This document shows, piece by piece, positions 31,489 through 43,558 of a DNA stretch of 64,000 bases. How positions within the stretch are numbered: position 1 is the first letter of the stretch; each line of letters begins with the position of its first letter. Made by a program: the position numbers and the translations under genes. The notes under the pieces are model-generated. The model was not told the origin of the DNA and made no database searches. It saw nothing but the letters and a program-made list of their open reading frames with translations. The DNA comes from an uncultured Chloroflexia bacterium (GTDB lineage: Bacteria; Chloroflexota; Anaerolineae; B4-G1; SLSP01): contig CAVVUS010000019.1 in NCBI GenBank assembly GCA_963751345.1, positions 77,975 to 141,974 of the forward strand, given 5' to 3'.

Positions 31489-32865
31489 CTAGCGTCCGCG
31501 CCTCAGGTACGCGCGCTCGGGATTGAGAATCGTCGGGGGGAGTTCGATCCCTGAGGTCTCGATCCTGTCCATGAACTTCGGGCGCACGCCCAGGGCCGTG
31601 AAATAGCCCTCGACCCGGCCATCGTGATAGCCGGTCTGCATGAAGCGGAAGATATCCTGCATCACGATCGTCGGCCCCTCCAGCCCCTGGACCTCTGAGA
31701 TGTAGACGACCTTCCGGGAGCCGTCCGCCACGCGATCCACGTGGACAATCACGTCGAACGCCGAGGCAATCTGCTCGCGGATGGCGGCCAGCGGCAGATC
31801 CATCCCGGCCATCAGTGTCATCGTGGAGATACGGCTCAGGGTGTCGCGCGGCGAGTTGGAGTGTGCCGTGGTCAATGACCCGTCGTGACCCGTGTTCATG
31901 GCCTGGAGCATGTCGAGGGCCTCGCCGCCGCGGACCTCGCCCACCACGATGCGATCGGGCCGCATACGCAGGGCGTTGATGACGAGCTGGCGGATGGTGA
32001 CCTGGCCCTTTCCCTCAACGTTGGGCTGGCGGGACTCCAGCCGGACCACGTGGCGCTGGTTGAGCTGCAGCTCGGCCGAGTCCTCGATGGTGATGATCCG
32101 GTCGGTGTCCGGAAGGTAGTTCGACAGCGCGTTGAGCAGCGTCGTCTTGCCGGTCGACGTGCCGCCCGAGATCACGATATTGAGCCGTGCCTGAACGCAG
32201 GCGCGCAGGAAGTCGGCCATGTCGGGCGTGAGGGTGTCGACCTTGACCAAGTCGTCCATCGTGAAGAACGCGCGCGCGAATTTCCGGATGCTGATCGAGG
32301 GACCGTCGAGGGCGAGCGGCGGGATGATGACGTTGACGCGAGAGCCGTCGGGGAGCCGGGCGTCGACCATCGGGCTGCTCTCGTCGATCCGCCGGCCCAG
32401 CGGCGTGACGATCCGGTCGATCACGTGCATGACCTCGTCGTTGTCGCGGAACTGGACGTCGGTCTCCTCCAGGATGCCGCTGCGCTCGATGTAGATCTGG
32501 TTCGCGCCGTTCACGAGGATCTCTGTCACGGTGTCATCGCGCAGGAAGGGCTCGATCGGCCCGTAGCCGAGCACGTCCGCAACGATCTGCTCGAAGAGCA
32601 TGGTGCGGTCGGTGCGGCTCATCGGGAGACGTTCGTCCTGCAGCGTCTCGACGAAGATCTGTTCGAGCGCTCTGCGCACGCTGGTGGCGTCGTTCGTGTC
32701 GACGACGGGGCTCAGCTCCGCCAGCAAGCGGCGCTGCACGCGCTCGCGCACCCGGTTGTAGGTCTCGGTTTGGTGCGAGCGGACGGCCCCCGCGCCTCGT
32801 GCCGGCCCTTGGCCCACCGCGGGCTCGGCGGCCGGCTCACTGTATCCGTTGGTTCGTCTGCGCAT
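31489..32865 (-). CDS. cpaF: CpaF/TadA pilus assembly ATPase
   Basis: [62 protein letters not shown]. Confidence 0.95.
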   Translation of the reverse strand: MRRRTNGYSEPAAEPAVGQGPARGAGAVRSHQTETYNRVRERVQRRLLAELSPVVDTNDATSVRRALEQIFVETLQDERLPMSRTDRTMLFEQIVADVLGYGPIEPFLRDDTVTEILVNGANQIYIERSGILEETDVQFRDNDEVMHVIDRIVTPLGRRIDESSPMVDARLPDGSRVNVIIPPLALDGPSISIRKFARAFFTMDDLVKVDTLTPDMADFLRACVQARLNIVISGGTSTGKTTLLNALSNYLPDTDRIITIEDSAELQLNQRHVVRLESRQPNVEGKGQVTIRQLVINALRMRPDRIVVGEVRGGEALDMLQAMNTGHDGSLTTAHSNSPRDTLSRISTMTLMAGMDLPLAAIREQIASAFDVIVHVDRVADGSRKVVYISEVQGLEGPTIVMQDIFRFMQTGYHDGRVEGYFTALGVRPKFMDRIETSGIELPPTILNPERAYLRRGR

Positions 32866-32876
32866 CAGAACTCCTC

Positions 32877-34732
32877 TTATTTGATCCAGATGGGGTCGTA
32901 CTCGTCCCACGTCGTGTTGCTGATATTGGTGACCTCGCTGCCGTCCACGTTCATACTGTAGATCTGCATCAGGCCCGAGCGGTTGGACCAGAAGATGATC
33001 TTGTCGCTATCCGGCGACCAGGTCGGGTGCCGGTCCCACTCCCAGGGGTTAGGCGTCAGCGGCTGCGCGAAGTTCCCGTCCCACTGCACAATCCAGATGT
33101 CATCGCTATCGATAGCCGAAGAGACAAAGGCGATCCAGTTGCCGTCAGGCGACCAGACGGGCGCGGTGCAGTCGCCGTCCAAGCTGGGTGATCTGGACGA
33201 ACCACTGACCTCCGGTGCGTTCCGCAACCGGGATGGTCCGGAAGATCTGCTGCCGGGGATCCGTGGACGAAACAGCCTGGCTGAAGACGAAGCTGTCGCC
33301 GTCGGGCGAATAGCGCTCCTGGTCCTCGAGGTCGTCGAACTGCGCCAGCAGATCGGAGTTGCGGCCCAGCCGCTGACGATTCCCCCCGTCGGGATCCATC
33401 ACCCAGATCTCGCCGCGGTTGGGGTAGTCGGCCTTGACGACGATGCGATCCTTGTAGCTGGAGAGCGGTCGCGGCGTGGCCGGTGGCCCGGCGTATTCGG
33501 GGCGCGGCGTGGCGGTCGGCGTCGGCGTGGCGGTCGGCGTGAGCAGGGGGCGGACGTAGAAGAGCCGGCCCTCCGCAAAGGCGGTGTCCTGGACCGGCAG
33601 CTCGCTGGCACTGCGGTATTGCTCGTAGGCCAGGTAGTTGTCGCCCGCATCGCGGTACTGGTCTCCGCTGCGGACGTAGGAGTCATAGAGCTCGGTCAGC
33701 ACCGTATCGCCGAGGTAGTCGGGGCGCGCGTCATAGACGACGCGGAACGCCGCAGACGCCTCGGTCCACCGCTCCGCATAGTAGGCTGTCTGGCCCTCCA
33801 GGAAGAGCTTGAGCAACTGTCGCTCCAGGCTTGCTTCCTGGCTGCGGGGTTCCAGGGCCAGGGCCTTGGAGAAGTAGCTCAACGCCTGGGGCAGTGCCTC
33901 GAGCTGCGGCGGATCCTGTCGGACAATGGCCTTTCCCTGGCCGAAGTAGAGCTCGAAGAGCCGGCTCTCCACCGTTTGCCTGTTCGTAGGCCTGGTTCTT
34001 CTCGCGCAGCGCCTCATAGCCCGCGATCGCTGCCTGGGCGTCGCCGGCTTCATAGGCTGCGTTGGCATCAGCGTAGAGTTTTGCGACAGACCCTTCCTGG
34101 TTGATCTTGGCCATGCGGCTGTCGACGTCCAGGTAGCCGGGGCGAAGCGCCTGAAGCTCCAGATAGAGCGCCATCGCCGCGTCGTCCTCCCCGCTATCGT
34201 CGAGCGAGATCGCCTGATCGTAGAGGGCCGCAATATCGCGCTCTCGGCCGATCACGGCCAGCCCGGCGAGCGCCTGCTCGTTGTCACTCTCGATCGCCAG
34301 CACCGCGTTGAAGCGCTGCTCGGCTGCTGCATACTCGCCGCCCTCCAGGAAGGACTGCCCTTCCGTGAGCAATTGGTCGCGCTCTCTTTCGAGCTGTGCC
34401 TGGCGAACCATGGGCTGCACGCGCTCGACGAGCAGGCGCCCGCCGGTGTAGACGAGATAGCCGATCAGCGCGACGACGGCCAGCCGCAGCAGGATCGGCC
34501 AGAACCGGAGCGTGATGCGCCGTCCCCGGATCTTCCTTCCGGTGTCGACGCCCGATCTCAACTGTGCCTGTTCGAGCGCGCGCGCGGCCAGATCGCTGTC
34601 GGGGTACTTCTCCTGGAGTTGCTCGAACGCGTCGATAGCTGCTTGCCATTCGCCCCTTTGCAGGTGGTCGGACCCCTCTCTATAGAGAGGGTCTTCCCGT
34701 CCGGTGGGCACGGTGTCTGCAAACGTCGTCAC
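32877..34732 (-). CDS. Membrane-anchored TPR-repeat protein with C-terminal TolB-like (PD40) propeller; frameshifts
   Basis: N-terminal TPR, TM segment, several TPRs, PT linker, then YSPDG, WSPDGNWIAF, PTWSPDS repeats. Confidence 0.75.
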
Positions 34733-34847
34733 TGTTCTGTCCTCTTTCCTCTGAACCCTTCGCAAGGTGCGGCCTTGCGAAGGTCGGTGGGCCTGTGCCC
34801 GGACACCGGGTGCAGGTGCGCCTGCACCCAAAGAGCCAGGTGCCGCG

Positions 34848-35843
34848 TCATCCGCTCAACGAGCCCAAGGCTTCGAAGATCCGCGGGATGCCCGGGCCCA
34901 ACAATACAACCAGCAACGCCGGGAAGACCAGGAACACGAGCGCGATGATCATCTTGATGCTCGGCCTGCCGGGCCAACTCCTCGGCACGCTGCCTGCGGC
35001 GTACGCGCACCTGGCTGGCCTGCGTGTGGAGCGTCTGGGCGATGCTGACACCCAGCTCGCTGGACTGGATCAGCACACCGACGAAGGTGAGCACCTCCTG
35101 CACGCCCGTCCGCTCGGCCATCCGCTGGAGCGCGGTGTTGCGCGGTGTGCCCACCCGGATCTCCCTCACGGCGCGATTCATCTCCTGCGTCAGCGCATTG
35201 TCCCACCGCTCGCAGACCCGCACCATGGCGGAGTCCAGCGCGAGGCCCGCATCGACGCTGACGCTCAGCAGGTCGAGGGCGTTCGAGAAGTTGCGGATGA
35301 TCTCGCCCTGGCGCTGTCTCACGCGTCCGCGGAGCCACACCCGGGGCAGCAGATAGCCCACCAGCGCCAGGAGCGCGCCGTTGCGAAGCGTGACGAGCCA
35401 CGACCGCCGACTGTAGCAATCCGAACGCGCGCACGACGAGCAGATAGAGCGCGACAAGGCCGACGGCGGAGAGGATCTGCAGGCCGAAAATGTCGGGTGC
35501 CGTTAGCCCACCGGGCTCTCCGGCCTCGATCGAGCATCTGCTGGACGCGCCGCACGTCCCTGCCGGGTGACAGGGAGGCGAGCGAGTCGAGCCCCTTACG
35601 GAGGGCCGGCACCACCACCCGCATGAGGAACGACCGGCTCATCTCGAGATCCTCGATGATGTCGCGCCCGTGCAGATAGCCGTCGAGGCGCCCGTCCTTC
35701 TGCGCCTGCGTGCGTGTGGGGGCGACGGCCAGCCACACAAAGGCCGTCGCCAGCCCGGTCAAGGCGGCAAAAGTCAGGGGCGACGAGGTAACGGGCGAGG
35801 TCAGGACCCACCGGATGATCGTCTCGAACTGGCTGAAGTCCAT
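34848..35843 (-). CDS. tadC: TadC (T2SSF family); frameshifts
   Basis: ALDLLSVSVDAGLALDSA, LIQSSELGVSIAQTL, IKMIIALVFLVFPAL..VLLGPG. Confidence 0.85.
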
Positions 35844-35845
35844 GC

Positions 35846-36808
35846 TCACACCTCGATGTCCACGATCTTGCGGATGACCAGGAACCCTATCACCTGCATC
35901 ACCAAGGCCGAGATCGGCAGGATGCGCACCCAGCCCGGCGCGAAGAGCTCCCGCACGTAGTCGGGATTGATCAGAAAGACGACCAGACCCACGAGGATGC
36001 GGGAGCGCCGCCAGCAGGTAGCCGGTGAAGCGCTGCTGCGCCGTGATCACGCGGATCTCGGCTGAGCATACGCAGCCGATCGCGCACCGTGTCGCTGATG
36101 ATGTCCAGCGTCTCCGCCAGGTTGCCGCCGGTCTCATACTGGACGTCGATGGCGACCACGACCAGGTTGAAATCGTCCGACCCAATTCGCACGACGGCAT
36201 CGTCGAGGGCGCGGCGCAGCGGAATGCCGAGGTTGATGGCGCGCACGACGTCGGCCATCTCATCGGACATCGGGCTGCCGATACGCTCGACCACCAGGTC
36301 CAGGGCCTGGTTGAGGCCGTAGCCGGCGCGCAGGCCGCCGACGAGCAGCGTCAGCATATCGGGCAGTTGCTCGGTGAACGCGCGCAGGCGCCGCCTTTTC
36401 TTCGTGTTGAGGTAGATGATCGGCAGAAACGCGAGTGCGGCCCCCAGGACGAGGCCGAGCGCGAGATTGAGACGCCAGGTGCCGATAGCGACGCCGAGCA
36501 AGCCCAGCCCGATGCACGATCAGGCCGAACTCCGCAGCCGTCAACGGGAGATCGGCCCGGCCAAGGGACAGGGCCAACTTCGGCCCGAGGCCGAAACCCG
36601 ACAGGAATCGCCGGAAGCCGGAGCGATGGTAACGGCGGGTGCTGTCGCCGACCGCGACCGAGCCGGCACTCGCGGCGAGCAGGCCGTACTGATCCAGCCG
36701 CTCCTCCACGGCGTCCGTCCGCTGGAGCAACAGCCAAATCGCCATAAAGATGAGCACGACGGAGAAGCCGACCAGCACTCCGACGGTGAGCGGGAGACCT
36801 ACTGCCAT
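35846..36808 (-). CDS. tadB: TadB (T2SSF family); frameshifts
   Basis: FTEQLPDML..L..GLRAGYGL.QAL, QYETGGNLAETL; ends KIVDIEV*. Confidence 0.88.
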
Positions 36809-36826
36809 CGCTTACCTGCCTTCCTC

Positions 36827-38063
36827 TTATGAGCTTGATGAAGGAAAGAAGCGCCCCAGAAGACCGCGCGACTCTTCTCTTTGAACCTCGCCGACGTAGC
36901 CGGGGCCCTCACGACGTTCCTGGCTCAGTTGCTGCGCGATCCTGCGGATGCCGCGGGCTACCGCCGTGCGCCGGTGCGTGAGCATCAGGGGCACGCCGCG
37001 GTTGACCGTGTGCGTCACGAGCGCCTGATCGTCAGGGACCTCGAAACCGATCGGCACCTTCAGCCGCTGCTCGATGTCCGCCCGGGTGATGCCCCCACGC
37101 AGCGTCGAGCGGTTGAGGACGAGCCAGGTCTTCTCCTGCGGATAGCCCTCATCTGCGAAGTGGTTCAGCATCAGGCGCGTGTTCCTGAGGCCCACCATCT
37201 CGGGAATGACCGTCATAATCACCCGATCGGCGCCATCCAGGAAGGCAAACGCCGTCTCGTCCATCGGCAAGCCCAGGTCGACGATGACCCACGGGAACAT
37301 TCGCTTCAGCATCACCAGGATGTGCTGCACCTGCGGCAGCGTGAGCGGCGCGTGCAGATCGGCAGGCGGCGGGGCCAGGAGGACTTTGAGGCCCGACGTG
37401 TGCTCCGCCAGCACGCTTTCAATCAGCACTTCGTCGAGGCGCGTCAGCCTCGGAAGCAGGTCGGCGACGTTGCGCCCGGGATCCAGGTTGAGCGCGACGT
37501 CCATCGCCGGGGCAGCGTAATCCGCATCAACGACGACCACCGGTCGGTCGTCGATCTCGCGTAGCGCGATGGCGGTGTTGACGGCCAGGGTGGTGCGGCC
37601 CGTGCCCCCTTTGGGCGCACAGAAGACGACGATCCGGCCGTTGACGCCCTCGACGACGCTCGGCTCGACTGTGGGCTGCCCGCTGGTAGGCCATCACCTG
37701 ATGCAGCGTCATCATCAGTTCGTCGGTCTTGAGAGGTTTGGTGATGAAGCTGCGTGCGCCGACGAGGACAGCCTGGCTGGCGTCGCTTGCGTTTTCCTGG
37801 CGGACGAGGAAGAGGATGACGGCGTTGGATACCGAGGATGCGAGGCGGCGGATCGTCGGGATGGGATCCGCGTCGCCCAGGTCGTCGTCCACGATGATGA
37901 TCTGGGGCAGCAGGTCCTGCGCACGTACGAAGGCCAGGTGCGGCTGTGCCACCCAGTGCAGCCGATAGGGCCGCGTCATGCCGGCCGCAAGTGCCTGCCC
38001 GACCTCTTCCTGGACGCTGTCACTTGCGCTGACAAGCAGAATCTGTAGCGTCTGTCCCCGCAT
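36827..38063 (-). CDS. cpaE: CpaE/TadZ-like protein (REC-like + MinD/ParA ATPase); frameshifts
   Basis: REC-like N-terminus (IIIVDD...FITKP), PKGGTGRTT, VVVDAD, GLKVLLAPP, WLVLNR. Confidence 0.85.
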
Positions 38064-38121
38064 TAACTCAGCCAACGATACCCCCCTCAAAATTCGTTTA
38101 ATCTGGTGGTCCGACGATATC

Positions 38122-38182
38122 GAGACCTTTGGGGTCTCTCTGTGGAGCCGGCGCCTGGTTGACAAGAAGACCCCAAAGGTCA
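38122..38182. repeat. Inverted pair GACCTTTGGGGTC / GACCCCAAAGGTC
   Basis: Related to the 105-bp array unit; another pair at ~49191-49252. Confidence 0.6.
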
Positions 38183-38196
38183 CGACCGGCACTCTG

Positions 38197-39028
38197 CTAG
38201 GGCAATCCCTCGCCGGGCACGATGTAGCCGTTGATGACGTAGTCCAGGTTGACCGGGTCCACGGCAAACTCACCTTCGGCGCCCGGCGCACGGAGCACCA
38301 TGTCGACGGTCGCGCCGACGTCCTTCATGTACTTGAGGACCAGGGCGTCCTGCGGGTCGATGGCCAGCAGCAGCGCCCGCGGTGCCCCCGTCGGCTGCCC
38401 GTTGTCATCGAGTTGGCGCACGATCTGGGCGATCGTCACGTTCTGCAGCAGGTCGAAGGTGAGCGTCTCGACGGGCTGCTCTTCTGTCGGTCGTCGCTCC
38501 CCCTACCGTCCCTTGCGGGGAGACGGGGAGGAGTCCGGTCTCGCGGTCGACCGGCATCTCATAGGTGAAGAGGAAATCGACGTGGTCTCCCGGGTTGAGC
38601 ACGTTCACCTGGTTGAGGAGGTCGCCTGCAGGAAAAGCCATCAAGACGTTGTCGTCGGCGAGCACGAGCGCCATCCGCCCGCCGGGCGCCACCACGTTGG
38701 GGTCGAGCAGGCGCTCGCTCAGCACGATCTCGCCGGGGTAGAGCGAGACGAGCGAGATCTTGCCGAGTGCCTGGTTGATATCCCGCACAGCGCTCTCGGG
38801 GATGCTGTCGACCGGCATCTGCTGGACCTCGACGTTATCGGTCGTCAGGACGCCGCTGATGTCCACGGCCCGCGTCACGACGACCACGCTCTCCTCAGGT
38901 GCGACCAGATCCGACGCGCGAAATCCCTGTGCCGTCGCCCGTGAGAGTGCGATAAAGGCAACGCCGCCCGCCAGGGCTGCCACGACGACGCCTGCGATCA
39001 ACCATAAGAACCCCCGGAGACGCCCCAT
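38197..39028 (-). CDS. cpaB: CpaB/RcpC (SAF-domain) Flp pilus assembly protein; frameshift near 38480
   Basis: TM segment, VVVVTRAVD, LYPGEIVL, LNPGDHVD, LLAIDPQDALVLKY. Confidence 0.82.
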
Positions 39029-39067
39029 CCTATCCTCCTTATCGCTGAGAACCTACGGCTTTACCGT

Positions 39068-39493
39068 CTATGTACATGGTCGTTCGGCGAACATCGTCGT
39101 CACCGTCTGCATCTTCACCTCGTCCTTGCCGCCAAGGGCCAAGATGACCGGGCCGGTCAGGAAACGATGCTCGTACGTGACGGTCACCTGCACCGTGTTT
39201 GAGATGCCGGCTGTCGGTGCAGGTGGGTGTGATCAACAGTGTACTCGTGATCAGCCCGGTTGTCCAGCGCTGGATCTCCGGGCTGAACCCACTGCTTCGG
39301 CATCGATGTAGACGATGGCCGTGGGGTCGGGATGCACGACGCCATATCTGGCGACTTCGCGCCCGACGTTCGCTGTGGTGTTGTAGGCGAAGACCGCAAT
39401 GCCGAACTCGATGATGCCCAGTAGAAGAAGTAGAAGCAGGGGGAGAAGCAGCGCGAATTCGACCAGTCCTTGGCCATGGGTATTTCTCTGCAT
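39068..39493 (-). CDS. tadE: TadE-family pseudopilin; frameshifts
   Basis: HGQGLVEFALLLPLLLLLLLGIIEFG...VGREVARYG; corrected C-terminus VQVTVTYEH...TTMFAERPCT*. Confidence 0.8.
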
Positions 39494-39743
39494 GTTGCCC
39501 GTCCATTCCCGCCTTTCCTGGGCTGCCATTATACCATGCTTAACGACAATGCGCCCAAGTCGATACGGGCTCTAACAACGTGCGGTGTCAGGTAACGCCT
39601 GGATCCTTGGGCCAACTTGCAGAGGAAACTGCCGATGGTGGGAGTGTCGGGCGCCTGAGATGGCCGGACCCGCGCTTTGACCTCCGTTACGTCTGGCGTA
39701 CACTGTCCGCGGAAGCTCGTCTGAGGGGGGAGGCCAAGCCGAC

Positions 39744-40942
39744 ATGGCAAGATCAGAGTGGACGCGTTGGACGCACTTCGCGATCGCAGAAGCGCTGCCG
39801 GGTGCCGCGTGGGGTACCGGCGGCATCGGTCTGGCGGACTTCGACGGCGATGGCCGTCCTGAGGTGATCGTCTCGCGCCGCGAGACCCAGACGGCCTACC
39901 GGTTCGTGCGCGTCGACGATGCGACGTGGGAGCGCTACATCGTGGCCGCGGCACCACAGCTTGCCCAGACCTTGGGCGCCGCGGTGTTGGACATCGATGG
40001 CGACGGCCTCCCGGACATCGCCTTCAACGGCGTCTGGTTCCGCAATCCGGGGCGGCTCGACATCGACCCCGATGCCCCCTGGGACGCGCACCTCTACGAC
40101 GGCGGCGGCCACGACGTGATCGCGGCCGACATCAGCGGCAACGGGCGGCTCGATCTGGTGACGTACGATGGGATCACGCTGGCGTGGTTCGATCCGTCGA
40201 AGGGCCTGGCCAAGACCATCATCGCGGACGGGCGCGACGACCACGGCGGCATCGCCCCGCACGGCTTCGGCGACCTGAACGGCAACGGATGGCTCGACCT
40301 GGTGGTGGCGGGCGTGTGGTACGAGAACCCGGGCCCCGGCGGCGGTCCGTGGACCCGCATCCGTGGCCGCACCGGGGCGTGGACCGGGCCTCCTACGGCA
40401 CGAGCATCCGCTCGTGGGTGGCCGACGTCAACGGCAGCGGCCGGGCCGACATCGTCTACGCCGACTGCGACACCGGCAACGGCCACGTCTATTGGGTGGA
40501 GAACCTCGGCGGCGGCGAGTCTTGGGCGCTGCACCCTCTGCCGGATCCCGGCGGGGCCACGGGCGTGCCCCACGCTCACGATGCCAACACCGGCTCGTGG
40601 CACTCGTTGGCCGTCGCCGACTTCAACGGCGATGGCCGGCTGGAGATCTTCGCGGGAGAACAGGAGGACCCCGACACGATGATGACCGGCTGGGGTCGTG
40701 TGCCGATGAAACCCGCGGGTCTCAAGGAGCGGGGCGTCCTCTGGGTGCGGTCGGACAAGGATGAGGTGGACTTCGAGCCGGTCGTCATCCACGAAGGGCG
40801 CCCGGGCTGGCACGACGTCGTGCTGGGCGACATCGACGGGGACGGCGACCTCGACCTCGTGTCCAAGATCTGGAATGCCGACGGGCCGAACTACAGCGTG
40901 GATTATTGGCGGAATGACTTGCGGATGACGAGTGACGAGTGA
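39744..40942 (+). CDS. FG-GAP/VCBS-repeat protein; frameshift near 40360
   Basis: Repeated ADFDGDGRPE, LDIDGDGLPD, GDLNGNGWLD, ADFNGDGRLE, GDIDGDGDLD. Confidence 0.85.
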
Positions 40943-41004
40943 CGGGTGATCGGATAGCGTCCGGTCACTCGTCACGTATTCTTCTTCGGAGAAAGCTGGG
41001 AGCT

Positions 41005-42440
41005 ATGGAAGAGATCGTTCGTTCAGCGGCCTACGTCACGCCCTCCGCCCGCCAGGTCGCCTGGCAGCGGCTGGAGTTCTATGCGTTTGCTCACTTCGGG
41101 ATGAACACGTTCACGAATCGCGAGTGGGGCGAGGGGACCGAGGATCCGGCCTGGTTTGCCCCGACGGAACTCGACGCGCGCCAGTGGGTTGGGGTGCTCC
41201 GGGACGCCGGGATGCGCGCTCTCATCCTCACGGCAAAGCATCACGACGGCTTCTGCCTGTGGCCCAGCGCGTATACCGACCACTCGGTCGCATCCAGCCC
41301 TTGGCGTGGCGGGAAGGGTGACGTCGTGGCGGAGGTGGCCGAGGCCTGCCGCACGGGCGGGCTGAAATTCGGGATCTACGTCTCCCCCTGGGACCGGCAC
41401 GAACCGAGCTACGGGGACAGCCCGCGCTACAACGCCCACTTTCGGGCGCAGCTTCGCGAGCTGCTCACCGGCTACGGCCCGCTCTTCGCCGTCTGGTTCG
41501 ACGGCGCGTGCGGCGAGGGCCCGAACGGCAAGCGCCAGGTCTACGACTGGGAGAGCTACTACCACACTCATCCGGGAGCTCCAGCCCGACGCCGCGATCA
41601 GCATCTGCGGTCCGGACGTGCGGTGGTGCGGCAATGAGGCGGGGCGCTCGCGGGCCAGCGAGTGGAGTGTGGTGCCCGCCGCGGTCCGCGATCCCGGCAA
41701 GATCGCCGAGGAGTCCCAGCAGGCCGAGGCGGCGCCGCCGATCGACGCACGCGAGGCCGACCTGGGCAGCCGCGAGCGCATCCGCCTCCGCCTCGTCGCA
41801 GCCTGATCTGGTATCCCGCGGAGGTCGATACCAGTATCCGTCCGGGGTGGTTCTACCATCCCGAGGAGGACGACCGGGTGCGGCCGCTGGACGAGTTGCT
41901 GGACGTGTACTACGGCGCCGTGGGCGGCAACGCCACGCTGCTGCTCAACGTGCCTCCGGACCGGCGGGGGCTCATCCACGAGGCTGATGCAGCGCGGCTG
42001 CACGATCTCGGCGAGGTGCTGCGCGAGACGTTCGCTACCGACCTCGCGGCAGGGGCCGTGGCGACGGCGAGCCATACGCGCCAGCCTGAGGCGCGGTTTG
42101 GTGCCAAGCAGGTTCTTGATGGCGATCCGGATACCTTCTGGACGACGCCTCCCGGCCAGGAGACGGCGACCCTGACGCTCGATTTGCCCGAGCCCCGCCG
42201 GTTCAACGTCGCCAACCTGCAGGAGGCGATCACGCACGGGCAGCGCATCGAGCGTGTGCAGGTGAGCGTGTGGGAGTCCGCAGGGTGGCGCACGGTGGCC
42301 GAAGCCACCACCGTCGGTCACCGGCGGCTGCTGCGCTTCCCGGCCGTTGTGGCGCAGCGCGTGCAGGTCGAGATCCTCGCCTCGCGCGTCGCCCCGACGC
42401 TGGCGACCGTGGCCCTCCACCTCGCGCCGACGTGTAGAGA
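41005..42440 (+). CDS. GH29 alpha-L-fucosidase with C-terminal F5/8-like domain; frameshifts, exact end uncertain
   Basis: FAHFGMNTF, TAKHHDGFCLWPS, SPWDRH, VWFDGA, EVDTSIRPGWFYH, VGGNATLLLNVPP. Confidence 0.88.
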
Positions 42441-43505
42441 CGCCGCGCGTCGGAACGCGTCCGCGGAGCGTCCGCGCGTCGGAACGCGTCCGGCGGGGCG
42501 TCTTCTGCGCGGTCAGTGCGTGCGTCGGGACGCGCGGCATCCCGCCCTCGCGGAAGACGGGGCACCGCCCCGTCTCTACGGCAGAGCGCGCGGCAGAGAC
42601 TGCCGCGCGTCGGAACGCGTCCGCGCGTCGGAGCATGCGCGTCGGACGCGCGGGGGCGTCTTCCGCGCGGTCATTGGGCCGTGGGACGCGGCAGTGCCCG
42701 CCTCGCGGAAGACGGGGCGCCGCCCCGTCTCTACGGCAGAGGGCCGTATGACGCCCGGCCGGGGCGCTTCCTGCACTCTCACGCGTCACCACGATAGTAT
42801 CGATCCTCAGACCATTTCCCGGGGTTTCCGATGATGTAGGCACGAATGCGGTCCAGTTCGTTCTGATCGCGGATAATGTGGTCGTGGAATCGTGGCTGCC
42901 ACGCGAAGTCAGCTTCGCCCAGGCTGCGGATCCGCTTGGTACATACTGACTTGATCTGTCCGATGATCGAGCCCAGCGAATCGGCCTGTAGCCGTGCGCC
43001 GTCCGGCTCTGGCGGTTCGTCTTCCGTCTCCAACCGGCGCGCTGCAATGACGAGGATACCGTGGAAGTGGTTGGGCATTACGCGCCACTCATCCAGCTGC
43101 ACGTACGGGCGCACATATGGGGTTCGCAACCACTCCTCCACGAGTATCAGACCCAGAGGCGAGACGTAGGCCCGCCCATCCCATATGCGCCCCAAGCAGT
43201 TCACGTGATCGCGAGTGCAGAGCGTGACGAAGTAGTGAGATGGGGTGGTATAGTCCCAACCGGCCATGCGGGCGCTCTCGGAGCGGTACTTGTCCTGGTA
43301 GTAGTGTGCCATTCTATGCCCTCCTTGTGCATATGGGCCGCCTATGAGCAGCGGTGATGCGTGCGCCGGATGCAGAAGACGGGGCACCGCCCCGTCTCTC
43401 AAGCCCGCCGCTGTCGCGAGACGCCGGCTCGCTCGTTAACATGTTAGCGAGACGCGCGTAGGTCGCCTCGGATTGCGGAAGACGGGGCACCGCCCCGTCT
43501 CTACG
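42434..43505. repeat. GTAG-type REP palindromes (GTAGAGACGGGGCGG.GCCCCGTCT) flanking the transposase
   Basis: Copies at ~42553-42579, 42709-42735, 43375-43400 and 43479-43504, plus degenerate copies. Confidence 0.85.
42779..43312 (-). mobile_element. REP-associated tyrosine transposase (RAYT, Y1_Tnp)
   Basis: GGAGG RBS; SARMAGWDYT...YFVTLCT, VMPNHFHGIL (HUH), SLGSIIGQIKS, WQPRFHDHIIR, YIIGNP. Confidence 0.9.
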
Positions 43506-43558
43506 CAGAGCCTTGCCGCCGTCGTCGGAACGCGGACGCGGGGCGTGTTCTGCGCGGC

